A DNA stretch of 64,000 nt, taken from assembly GCF_036365525.1 (NCBI RefSeq), contig NC_090397.1:12198289-12262288 (forward strand), in the 5' to 3' direction. The stretch's first letter is position 1. Each line of letters opens with the position of its first letter. Both the position numbers and the translations under genes were made by a program. Below the pieces are notes generated by a model. That model was not told where the DNA came from and did not search any database. It saw only the letters and a program-made list of their open reading frames with translations. The DNA is from Heterodontus francisci. Lineage: Eukaryota. This document shows, in pieces, positions 49,461-61,779 of the stretch.

Positions 49461-51529
49461 CCCTTTAACCTTTCTCATTTAAGATGGGGGTATTGCTTTG
49501 CCTGTGGTCTGCCTTCTCTTCCATCCAATTGTTGGACAATGGATGATTGCTGTGTGAGAATTGATGGGAGCAAACCTTTGGACTGTAACAGTAAATTATT
49601 ACACCAAATTCATTTAGCCAGTGTTTACAATCTGGATTACTTGTTTCGAAAGGTACAAGGCCAACCAGCACATTCTATTAATTGAAAGAAAGCATTATTC
49701 CTCAACTGAAGAAATTTAAGCTGGCCCCCACCAGCAAAATAAATTTCCTATCTTTGGATGCTTTTCATTCATGTTGTCCCATCCAGCTCCTTGCCATCCT
49801 ACAAAGCAACTGCCAACAGCTGCCCCAGAATATCCATTACTAAAATAAACCCCAGCCCGAGGTTCAAATAAAACAATACTGGCCACAGTTTTGAAGTTAT
49901 ACAAGCTAAATTATGACACTTTGGATCACAAAAGTCATCTCAAGAAGGTTACAATGGCCAAAACAGGCTGGGACAGCTCTATGCCAAATATCTGATCACT
50001 TCTGTAGTCAGAACACCCAAATGTTTTAAGACTATGTCCATGAAATTCAGTCAATATTGTGACCATCATTAAGCTGTCTATATTATATATTGTCAGCAAG
50101 TATAGAAATTCCAGACACTAAAGTAATGAAGAGAAACCTGTAAAACTACTTATCACTGTGTAAAACACGCCCTAAATCACAACGAGAAGCTGAATTGTCA
50201 TTGCTTCCTTTGGCTGTGTTCTCAAACATAAATGAATAAGCTATTTATGCCAAAGTTAAGTCAAACCTTTCAGGTTATTTATGTTTCATCCATTTATTCC
50301 GTGTTAGCCATTGAGGAAAAATGTCATTCGTTACTTTGTTTAGGTTCATGAACAGGACCCCATCAGCTTAATTTTAATCTCTCTGATACCAAGCCCATTT
50401 CTTCATCTGTCCTCATTCTTTATGGTGGATGATTTACTAAGCATGAAGTAGATGCTTGAAGTTATTGTTAACTCAGTGTCAGCTTGGCTCAGTGGTGGCA
50501 TTATCACCTCTGACTCAGTAGGTTGCAGGTTCAAACCCCACTGCTAGTCCGTGAGAATGTAATCTAGGCTGACGCATCAATGCAGAATTGAGGGAGTGCT
50601 GCATTGGCGGATGTCCCATATTTTGGATAATATGTAACTGAGGCGTTGTCTAACCTCTCAGATGGATGTAAAAGATACCTTGGTACTATTTGACGAATAG
50701 CAGGGCCATTCTCTATCCTGGCCCTTAAACCTTCAAACAACATCATTAAAACAGATTATCTGGTCATTTATCTCAATCCTGTTTGTCGGAATTTCCTGTG
50801 TGGAATTTGGCTGCTTTGTTTTCCTACATAACAACAGTAACACCACTTCAAAATTAATTCCTTAGTTGTGAAGCACTTTGGAAAGATATGAAATTTATCA
50901 TTTATGATTTCTATGGCTTTACATAGAATTGCAATGTGCCCAATTTACAGGGAAAAAAATATTTAAATGAGTGACCGCCTCCTAGGAGTAGGTTGGTCAC
51001 CCAACCTCCTATCCCGTTTCCATTAAAACTGGAGTGAGTGGATTCGAGACGTGTTGGGTTTGGGTTTTTCTTTTTACATTTTTACCTCCCACCCACTCCT
51101 GGTATAGCTTCCTTGGATGTAAATGTTATAAGGGTAATTTTGACTTTCAGTTCCTGGATGGTAATCTGGGGAGAAGATCACCCATCCATTGAAGAACCTG
51201 AATATGTTCATCCCATGCAATGGGTGTGTGATCCATTATGCCAGATTATGCCAGCTATAGGTGACATGAGGAGAAATAAAGATGAACAATGGGACAAGAA
51301 TTCAAAAAGATGCAGAACACATTAACAGCAGCCAGAAGTACAAAGGTAGAAAGATTGGCAACCTAAGAAATCATGGCTGCTGAATCCCCAACAGCATGAA
51401 AATGGTCAACTAACAGCCGGGGCAAACCCAATGATAATAAAATCATAAATGCTGAACAAGAATGGGCTGCCATAGTCACAAGGCAATTAAAAAGGGAGAT
51501 CAGCAGGAAATCAGAGCATTAAGTTGAAA

Positions 51530-53077
51530 GGAGGACTGAAGTAGGCCATTCAGCCCCTCACACCTGTTCTATATTGAAAACATGGCTGAAGTATACCTGA
51601 ACCCCATTTACCCGCCTTTGCTCCAAATCCCATGATTGCGTTATGCAACATCAATTGGCCCCCAGCAGCCACAGACTTTTGGGGTAAGAGTTCCTGATTT
51701 CCACTATCCTATCTGTAATAAATTGCTTCCTGATTTCACTCCTGATTTGAATGTCAAAATTGTGCCCCCTTTTTCTGTATTCCCCCATCAGAGGAAATAG
51801 TTTCTTTGTACTTACCCTAACAAATCCTTTTGTCACTTTAAACATGACAAGTAATCTTCCATACTCAAGGGAATACAAACCAAGTTTATGGAGCTTTTCC
51901 TCATAAATTAACCCTTTAACCAGCTGTATCACTCTGGCAAATCTGTGTTGCACCCTCTCCAAGAACAATATAGCTTCCTGAGGTGCAGTATTCAAAACTA
52001 AACAGACGGGGTCTGACCAAGACCCTGTACAGGTGAAACATAACTTCATGCCCTTTGTATTTCAGCCCTCTTGAGGTAAAGGCTATGATTGTATTAAGCT
52101 TTTTTGATTGCTTTTTGTAGCTGTTCACTAGCTTTTCATGATTTGTGCATTTGGCCTCCCAAATCTCATTGCTCTTTCATACTTTCTAGTTTCTCATATT
52201 TAGAAAATACTCTGTTCTATCTTTCCCCAATCGAAAGCGGATTACCTCACACTTCCTGAAATTAAACATAGTGGCACAATTTTGCCTGCTCATTTTATCT
52301 GTTTATGTCACTTTGTAACATCCTGCTCCCATCTACAGTACTTACTGCACCTCCTAACTTAGAGTCATCAGCAAACTTGGATAAACAACTTTCAATTCCT
52401 TCATCAAAGTCATTAAATATGGTGAAAAGAGGAGTCTTCAGTAGAAATCAAATGCCTTCTGTAAGATCACATAGACAATATCCATGGACAAGCCCTTAAC
52501 CACAATGATACTGACCTCCACAAAGAGGTCAGGCAGGTTTCATCCTTGACAAAGCCATGCTATCTCTGGTCAGCTAACATTTGTCATAGTCACTCTGTCC
52601 CTTATGATAGATTCTAGTAATTTCGCTACAGCTGACAGTAGACTGACTGGTCTGCACTTACCTGATTTCTCCCTCCCTTCCTTCTTATCTAATAGGCTGA
52701 CATTTGCCATTTTGCAATCAAATGGCACCATTTCCAAATCAATAGAGCTTTGGAAGATTATGATTAATACTTTGGCAATTTACACGCCTACTTTTAATAC
52801 TCTTTTGTAGATTTTTAGAGCTCTTCCAGAGTGCTAGATTTCCACTTTGCATTGGTATAAGCCACTTCTTTTAGTTTTATTCTGTGTTTTGCCTCATTTG
52901 ATGGCCATGGTCGCCTAACTACAGAAGTGGAGCTTTTGCCTTTTAGGGGTATGTAATGGTCTTGATTTGTACCAAACACTCCATTTGAATACCTCCCACT
53001 GTTTGTCTGTAGGTTTACCTGTCTACAGTTCAGTCCAGTTTACTGTGGTTAGTTTATGTATCATTCCTTCAAAGACT
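51530..53077 (-). mobile_element. Old CR1 (minus), host of two nested LINEs; continues at 55576-55667 and 58603-58675
   Basis: Minus-strand LERVQHRFARVI, SKFADDSKLGG and similar motifs, heavily mutated. Confidence 0.75.
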
Positions 53078-55575
53078 GTCTCGTGGCATCAGGTCAAACA
53101 TGGGCAAGGAAACCTCCTACTGATTACCACCTACCGACCTCCCTCAGCTATTGAACACCACTAGGAAGAAGCACTGAGGGTGGCAAGGGTGCAGAATGTA
53201 CTCTGGGTGGGGCACTTCAATGTCCATCACCAAGAGTGGCTCAGTAGCACCACTACTGACCGAGCTGGCCGAGTCCTAAAGGACATAGCTGCAAGACTGG
53301 GTTTGCAGCAGGTTGTGAGTGAACCAACAAGAGGGAAAAACATACTTGAGCTCGTCCTCACCAATCTGCCTGCCGCAGCTGCATCTGTCCATGACAGTAT
53401 TGGTAGGAGTGACCACCGCATAATCCTTGTGGACAAGAAGTCCCGTCTCCACATTGAGGATACCCTCCATCGTGTTGTGTGGCACTACCACCATTCTAAA
53501 TGGGATAGATTTTGAACAGATCTAGCAATGCAAAACTGGGCATCCATGAGGCGCTGTGGGACATCAGCAGCAGCAGAATTGTACTCAACCACAATCTGTA
53601 ACCTTATGGCCTGGCATATTCCCCACTCTATCGTTACTATCAAGCTAGGAGACCAACCCTGGTTCAATGAAGAGTGCAGGAGGGCATGCCAGGAGCAGCA
53701 CCAGGCACACCTCAAAATGAGGTGTCAACCTGGTGAAGTTACAACACAGGGCTACTTGTGTGCCAAACTGAGTAAGCAGCATGCGATAGACAGAGCTAAG
53801 CGATCCCATAACCAACGGATCAGATCTAAGCTCTGCAGTCCTACCACATCCAGCTGTGAATGGTGGTGGACAATTAAACAACTAACTGTAAGAGGTGGCT
53901 CCACAAATATCCCCATCTTCAACGATGGGGGAGCCCAGCACATCAATGCAAAAGATAAGGCTGAAGCATTTGCAACAATCTTCAGCCAGAAGTGGCAAGT
54001 TGATGATCCATCTCGGCCTCCTCCTGAAGTCCACAGGATCACAGATGCCAGTCTTCAGCCATTTCGATTCACTCTGCATGATAGCAAGAAACGACTGAAG
54101 GCACTGGATACTGCAAAGGCTATGGGTCTTGACAATATTCTGGCAATAGTACTGAGGACCTGTGCTCCAGAACTTATCACGCCCCTAGCCAAGCTGTACA
54201 ACTAGTACAACTATTACACTGGCATCTTCCTGGCAATGTGCAAAATTGCCCAGGTATGTCCTGTACACAAAAAGCAGGCCAAGTCCAACCCGGCCAATTA
54301 CCGCCCCATCAGCCTACTCTCAATCATCAATAAAGTGAGGGAAGGTGTCATCGACAGTGCTATCCAGTGGCACTTGCTTAGCAATAACCTGCTCACTGAC
54401 GCTCAGTTTGGGTTCCACCAGGGCCACTCAGCTCCTGACCTCATTACAGCCTTGGTTCAAACATGGACAAAAGAGCTGAACTCAAGAAGTGAGGGGAGAG
54501 TGACTGTCCTTGACATCAAGGCAGCATTTGACCGAGTATGGCATCAAGGAGTTCTAGCAAAACTGAAGTCAATGGGAATCGGGGGCAAAACTCTCCACTG
54601 GTTGGAGTTATACCTAGCACAAAGGAAGATGGTTGTGGTTGTTGGAGGTCAATCATCTGAGCTCCAGGACATCACTGCAGGAGTTTCTCAAGGTAGTGTC
54701 TGAGGCCCAACCATCTTCAGCTGCTTCATCAATGACCTTCCTTCAATCATAAGGTCAGAAGTGGGGATGTTCGCTGATGATTGCACAATGTTCAGCACCA
54801 TTCGCGACTCCTCAGATACTGAAACAGTCTGGGTAGAAATGCAGCAAGACCTGAACAATATCCAGGCTTGGGCTGATAAGTGGCAAGTAACATTTGCGCC
54901 ACACAAGTGCCAAGAGAGAATCTAACCATCTCCCCTTGAGATTCAATGGCATTACGATCGCTGAATCCCCCACTATCAACATCCTAGGGGTTACCATTGA
55001 CCAGAAACTGAACTGGAGTAGCCATATAAATACCAGGGCTACAAGAGCAGGTCAGAGGCTACGAATCCTGTGGCGAGTAACTCACCTCCTGACTCCCCAA
55101 AGCCTGTCCACCATCTACAAGGCACAAGTCAGGAGTGTGATGGAATACTCTCCACTTGCCTGGATGGGTGCAGCTCCAACAACACTCAAGAAGCTCGATA
55201 TCATCCAGGAGAAAGCAGCCCGCTTGACTGGCACCCCACCCACAAACATTCACTCCCTCCACCACTGATGCACAGTGGCAGCAATGTGTACCACCTACAA
55301 GATGTGCTGCAGCAATGCACCAAGGTTCCTTAGACAGCACCTTCCAAACCCGCGACCTCTACCAACTAGAAGGACAAGGGCAGCAAGTGCATGGGAACAC
55401 CACCACCTGCAAGTTCCCCTCCAAGTCACACACCATCCTGACTTGGAACTATAATTGCTTCCTAACTCCCTTCCTAACAGCACTGTGGGTGTACCTACCT
55501 CACATGGACTGCAGCGGTTCAAGAAGGCAGCTCACCACCACCTTCTCAAGGGCAATTAGGGATGGGCAATAAATA
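53078..55575 (+). mobile_element. CR1/L2-group LINE (non-canonical family), APE end + RT + 3' end, several stops
   Basis: GHFNVHH, SDH, NPANYRPISLL, LDIKAAFDRVWH and MFADD motifs; tail gggcaattagggatgggcaataaata. Confidence 0.88.
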
Positions 55576-55667
55576 AAGTTTAAAACCTTGGTTTGTGACT
55601 CTCACTTCTCCCTCCCAAGAATAACATCAAATTCAGTCATATTATGCTCACTGTGCACAAGATATTT

Positions 55668-58596
55668 GTTGAGATGTTGAGAGTAGTGAGGTCAGGGATA
55701 AGGTTACAAGGACGCAAGAGGGCACTGGCAAGCAAGAACCTGGTTTAAAGTGTGTCTACTTCAACGCCAGGAGCATCCGGAATAAGGTGGGTGAGCTTGC
55801 AGCATGGGTTGGTACCTGGGATCTCGATGTAGTGGCCATTTCGGAGACATGGGTAGAGCAGGGGCAGGAATGGATGTTGCAGTTTCCGGGATTTAGATGT
55901 TTCAGTAAGAACAGAGAAGATGTTAAAAGAGGGGGGGGTGTGGCATTGTTAATCAAGGAGAGTATTACAGCGACAGAAAGGACGTTTGAGGACTCGTCTA
56001 CTGAGGTAGTATGGGCCGAGGTTAGAAACAGGAGAGGTGAGGTCACTCTGTTGGGAGTCTTTTATAGACCTCCAAATAGTTCCAGAGATGTAGAGGAAAG
56101 GATAGCGAAGATGATTCTCGACAGGGGCGAGAGTAACAGGGTAGTTGTTATGGGGGACTTTAACTTTCCAAATATCGACTGGAAATACTATAGTTCGAGT
56201 ACTTTAGATGGGTCAGTTTTTGTCCAGTGTGTGCAGGAGGGTTTTCTGACACAGTATGTAGACAGGCCAACCAGGGGCGATGCCACATTGGATTTGGTAC
56301 TGGGTAATGAACCCGGCCAGGTGTTAGATTTAGATGTAGGTGAGCACTTTGGTGATAGTGATCACAATTCGGTTAGGTTTACCTTAGCGATGGGCAGGGA
56401 CAGGTATATACTGCAGGGCAAAAATTATAGCTGGGGGAAAGGAAATTATGATGCGATTAGGCAAGATTTAGGATGCGTAGGATGGGGAAGGAAACTGTAG
56501 GGGATGGGAACAATCGAAATGTGGAGCTTATTCAAGGAGCAGCTACTGCGTGTCCTTGATAAGTATGTACCTGTGAGGCAGGGAGGAAGTTGTCGAGCGA
56601 GGGAGCCGTGGTTTACTAAAGAAGTTGAAGCGCTTGTCAAGAGGAAGAAGAAGGCTTATGTTAGGATGAGACGTGAAGGCTCAGTTAGGGCGCTTGAGAG
56701 TTACAAGCTAGCCAGGAAGGATCTAAAGGGAGAGCTAAGAAGAGCAAGGAGAGGACACGAGAAGTCATTGGCGGATCGGATCAGGGAAAACCCTAAGGCT
56801 TTCTATAGGTATATCAGGAATAAAAGAATGACTAGAGTTAGATTAGGGCCAATCAAGGATAGTAGTGGGAAGTTGTGTGTGGAATCAGAGGAGGTAGGGG
56901 AAGTGTTAAATGAATATTTTGCGTCAGTATTTACAGTAGAGAAAGAAAATGTTGTCGAGGAGAATACTGAGATTCAGGCTTCTAGGCTAGATGGGATTGA
57001 GGTTCACAAGGAGGAGGTGTTATCAATTTTGGAAAGTGTGAAAATAGATAAGTCCCCTGGGCCAGATGGGATTTATCCTAGGATTCTCTGGGAAGCTAGG
57101 GAGGAGATTGCAGAGCCTTTGTCCTTGATCTTTATGTCGTCATTGTCGACACGAATAGTGCCGGAAGACTGGAGGATAGCAAATGTTGTCCCCTTGTTCA
57201 AGAAGGGGAGTAGAGACAGCCCTGGTAATTATAGACCTGTGAGCCTTACTTTGGTTGTGGGTAAAATGTTGGAAAAGGTTATAAGAGACAGGATTTATAA
57301 TCATCTTGAAAAGAATAAGTTCATTAGAGATAGTCAACACGGTTTTGTGACGGGTAGGTCGTGCCTCACAAACCTTATTGAGTTTTTCGAGAAGGTGACC
57401 AAACAGGTGGATGAGGGTAAAGCAGTGGATGTGGTGTATATGGATTTCAGTAAGGCGTTTGATAAGGTTCCCCATGGTAGGCTATTGCAGAAAATACGCA
57501 AGTATGGGGTTGAAGGTGATTTAGAGCTTTGGATCAGAAATTGGCTAGCTGAAAGAAGACAGAGGGTGGTGGTTGATGGCAAATGTTCATCCTGGAGTTT
57601 AGTTACTAGTGGTGTACCGCAAGGATCTGTTTTGGGGCCACTGCTCTTTGTCATTTTCATAAATGACCTGGAAGAGGGTGTAGAAGGGTGGGTTAGTAAA
57701 TTTGCGGATGACACTAAGGTCGGTGGAGTTGTGGATAGTGCCGAAGGATGTTGTAGGGTACAGAGGGACATAGATAGACTGCAGAGCTGGGCTGAGAGAT
57801 GGCAAATGGAGTTTAATGCGGAAAAGTGCGAGGTGATTCACTTTGGAAGGAGTAACAGGAATGCAGAGTACTGGGCTAATGGGAAGATTCTTGGTAGTGC
57901 AGATGAACAGAGAGATCTTGGTGTCCAGGTGCATAAATCCCTGAAGGTTGCTACCCAGGTTAATAGGGCTGTTAAGAAGGCATATGGTGTGTTAGCTTTT
58001 ATTAGTAGGGGGATCGAGTTTCGGAGCCACGAGGTCATGCTGCAGCTGTACAAAACTCTGGTGAGACCGCACCTGGAGTATTGCGTGCAGTTCTGGTCAC
58101 CGCATTATAGGAAGGATGTGGAAGCTTTGGAAAGGGTGCAGAGGAGATTTACTAGGATGTTGCCTGGTATGGAGGGAAGGTCTTACGGGGAAAGGTTGAG
58201 GGACTTGAGGTTGTTTTCGTTGGAGAGAAGGAGGAGGAGAGGTGACTTAATAGAGACATATAAGATAATCAGAGGGTTAGATAGGGTGGATAGTGAGAGT
58301 CTTTTTCCTCGGATGGTGATGGCAAACACAAGGGGACATAGCTTTAAGTTGAGGGGTGATAGATATAGGACAGATGTCAGAGGTAGTTTCTTTACTCAGA
58401 GAGTAGTAGGGGCGTGGAACGCCCTGCCTGCAACAGTAGTAGACTCGCCAACTTTAAGGGCATTTAAGTGGTCATTGGATAGACATATGGATGAAAATGG
58501 AATAGTGTAGGTCAGATGGTTTCACAGGTCGGCGCAACATCGAGGGCCGAAGGGCCTGTACTGCGCTGTAATGTTCTAATTCTAATTCTAATTCTA
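55668..58596 (+). mobile_element. Young CR1 (HER1-like) LINE with essentially complete ORF2 (APE + RT) and one nonsense codon
   Basis: ORFs 55787-56500 and 56504-58510 are in one frame, separated only by TAG at 56498-56500. APE motifs NARS/SETW/GDFN/SDH; RT motif FADD; (TTCTAA)4 tail; TSD atattt (55662-55667 / 58597-58602). Confidence 0.95.
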
Positions 58597-58804
58597 ATAT
58601 TTCCTTACCATCAGATTGTTCATTAATTCTGATTTATTATTCCTCACTAAGTCTGGTATGGTCTTTTCACTTCTAAAAAATTTTGCGTGAAAATATTTTT
58701 TGCGTAGCACTTCCTCATGCGTGCTACGGAGTCTGACTGCCGCACCCGGGAGTGTGATGTGCCACTGGTGGCTCTCTGCATGGTCTGCGCAATGTTGCCA
58801 GAGG

Positions 58805-59148
58805 AGGCACAGTGGCGCAGTGGTCAGCACCGCAGCCTCACAGCTCCAGCGGCCCAGGTTCAATTCTGGGTACTGCCTGTGTGAAGTTTGCAAGTTCTCC
58901 CTGTGTCTGCGTGGGTTTCCTCCGGGTGCTCCGGTTTCCTCCCACATGCCAAAGACTTGCAGGTTGATAGGTAAATTGGCCATTATAAATTGCCCCTACT
59001 ATAGGTAGGTGGTAGGGAAATAAAGGGACAGGTGGGGATGTGGTAGGAATATGGAATTAGTGTAGGATTAGTATAAATGGGTGGTTGATGGTCAGCACAG
59101 ACTCAGTGGGCTGAAGGGCCTGTTTCAGTGCTGTATCTCTAAATAGAA
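58805..59148 (+). mobile_element. HE1-like V-SINE
   Basis: tRNA head (gtggcgcagtgg / ggttcaattct), V-domain tgcgtgggtttcctccgggtgctccggtttcctcccaca, CR1-like tail. Confidence 0.88.
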
Positions 59149-59314
59149 GGGTGTGATAGAAGTGCTGTATCTCTAAATAGAAACCGTCTGATGTGGCACA
59201 GGATTTCAAACTCAGGCCAGGTCACAGGTTCATGCACCACTCACTGAAGATCAGACATTCTGCTGCAAGATGGGCCCTGAACCTGTACCCGCTTCTATCT
59301 CCTTCATAAAATCC

Positions 59315-61305
59315 ACAAACAGGACTGGTCCAGTAGACCCATTGTTTCAGCCTGTTCCTGCCTCACTGAACCTATTTCTTCCTATCTAGACTCTATCTTT
59401 TCTCCACTGGTCTAGTCTCTTCCCACCTATATCCGTGGCTCTTCTGGCGTCCTACATCATTTTGACAATTTCCAGTTTCCTGGCCTTAACCGTCTCCTCT
59501 TCACTATGGACGTCCAATCTCTCTGCACCTCCATCCCCCACCAGGACAGCTTGAGGGCTCTCCACTTCTTCCTTGAACAGAGGCCCAACCAGTCCCCATC
59601 CACCACCACCCTCCTCCGCCTGACTGAACTTGTTCTCACATTGAACAACTTCTCCTTCAACTCCAGTCACTTCCTCCTAATAAAAGGTTTTGCTATGGGT
59701 ACCCGCATGGGTCCTAGCTATGCCTGTCTTTTTGTGGGATATGTCGAACATTCCTTGTTCCAGTCCTACTCAGGCCCCCTCCCCCAACTCTTTTTCCAGT
59801 ACATCGATGACTGTATCGGTGCCGTTTCCTGCTCCCACCCTAAACTGGAAAACTTTATCAACTTTGCTTCCAATTTCAATCCTTCTCTCACCTTTACATG
59901 GTCCATCTCCAATACTTCCCTTCCCTTTCTCAACTTCACTGTCTCCATCTCTGGGGATAGGCTGCCCACCAGTATTTATTATAAGCCCACTGACTCCCAC
60001 GGCTACCTTGACTACACTTCCTCACACCCTGCCTCCTGTAAAGACTCCATTCTATTCTCCCAGTTTCTCCGTCTCCGATGCATCTGTCATGATGATGCAA
60101 CCTTCCACAACAGTGCCTCTGATATGTCTTCCTTTTTCCTCAATCGAGGATTCCCCCCCACTCTGGTTGACAGGGCCCTCGACCGTGTCCGGCCCATTTC
60201 CTGCACCTTTAATCTCACCCCTTCCCCTCCCTCCCAGAACCGCGACAGGGTTCCCCTTGTCCTCAATATCCACCCCAGCAGCCTCCACATCCAAAGGATT
60301 ATCCTCTGCCATTTCCACCACCTCCAGCGTGATGCCACTACCAAACACATCTTCCCCTCTCTCCCCCATCAGCATTCCGAAGGAATCGTTCCCTCTGCGA
60401 CACCCTGGTCCACTCCTCCATCACCCCCGACACCTCTTCCCTTTCCCACAGCACCTTCCCATGCAATCACAGGAGGTGTAATACCTGCCCCTTTACCTCC
60501 TCTCTCCTCACTATACAAGGCCCAAACACTCCTTCCAGGTAAAGCAGTGATTTACTTGCACTTCTTTCAAGTTAGTATACTGTATTCGCTACTCATAGTG
60601 CAGTCTCCTCTACATTGGGGATACCAAACGCAGATTGGGTGATCGCTTTGCAGAACATCTCCGCTCGGTCTGCAAGCATGACCCTGAGCTTTCGGTTCCT
60701 TGCCATTTTAATTCTCTACCTTGTTCTCATACCCACATTTCTGCCCTCGGCCTGCTGCAGTGTTCCAGTGAACATCAACGCAAGCTCGAGGAACAGCAGC
60801 TCATCTTCTGATTAGGCACTCTACAGCCTTCTGGACTCAACATTGACTTCAATAATTTCAGTCCATGAGCCTCATTATTTTTTGTTTATTTCTTATTTTT
60901 ATTTAATTTATTTTTTCTTATATATTTTTTAATTAATTTATTTATTTTTTAACCATGTTCTAGTCTTAAACTTATTTTTCATGTTTTTGCTTTCATTCAG
61001 ATCTGTTCATTATTCTGCCATTAGCTCTCTCTCTGGACTCATGCTTTGTCTTTCACTATAACTATTGAGCACTCCATTTGTATTCTGTTTCATGACACCT
61101 GCCATTTAATCTCTCCCCCTCCGCCCTATCACACACCTTCCTTCTTGTTCTTCTTCCCCCCTCCCCCCTTTCACTTTCTCAAGACTGTTACATTTCTAAA
61201 TTTTGCCAGTTCTGATGAAGGGTCACAGATCTGAAACATTAACTCTGTTTCTCGCTTCACAGACGCTGCCAGACCTGCTGAGTATTTCCAGCACTTTCTG
61301 TTCTT
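59315..61305 (+). mobile_element. Penelope-like element: RT + GIY-YIG + 3' pLTR, frameshifted
   Basis: MDVQSL, GFAMGTRMGPSYA and YIDD are PLE RT motifs; LYIGDTKRRLGDRFAEH is GIY-YIG. Confidence 0.9.
61208..61244 (+). ncRNA. Minimal type I hammerhead ribozyme motif in Penelope pLTR
   Basis: AGUU-CUGAUGA-A-GGGUC aca GAUCU-GAAAC-AUU-AACU; stem I AGUU/AACU. Confidence 0.7.
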
Positions 61306-61779
61306 GTTAAAGGACCACTGCACAACCACAGAGGAGGCGTTTTTGGGCAACTTTTGCTTAGACAAAGTTAGTGGAAGAACTGTGCTGGGTTCTTGGAGGT
61401 GATTTTTGTCAGTTTCTGAATACAGCCAAGGAGGAGAGGGGACTACCTGGCCCAGGTATGGGGACAGTTGTTGCAGTGCCTCCTGGTCTGGAACATGACC
61501 GGAAAATGGAACGGAGGCGGCAGAGAGGGGAAGCTCAATGTGGAGGGAGGGAGGAGGAGGAGGCATAAGAGAAGGCATCCTGCACCCCATGTAAGTGAGC
61601 GGATTGTGAGGCTCTGCTTCCAATTAACAACTTCCCAATCCTAACATTGATCTCCCATTCCCCACCATCACATCCATTTAACATCTCCATCACAACATCC
61701 CCTTGGCCAACATTCAATAATAAAAGCCACCAACAAAAACCTTCAGAAAACATCTTTATAAAACTACACATCCAATTAT

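Noticed and set aside
57140-58053. Antisense and alternative-frame ORFs over LINEs (also over Tx1, RTE and Penelope)
   Set aside because: Shadow ORFs of retroelement ORF2 with no independent evidence.
58805-58875. tRNA genes suggested by A/B boxes (also 28725, 50480)
   Set aside because: They are SINE heads that continue into SINE bodies, and no complete cloverleaf is evident.
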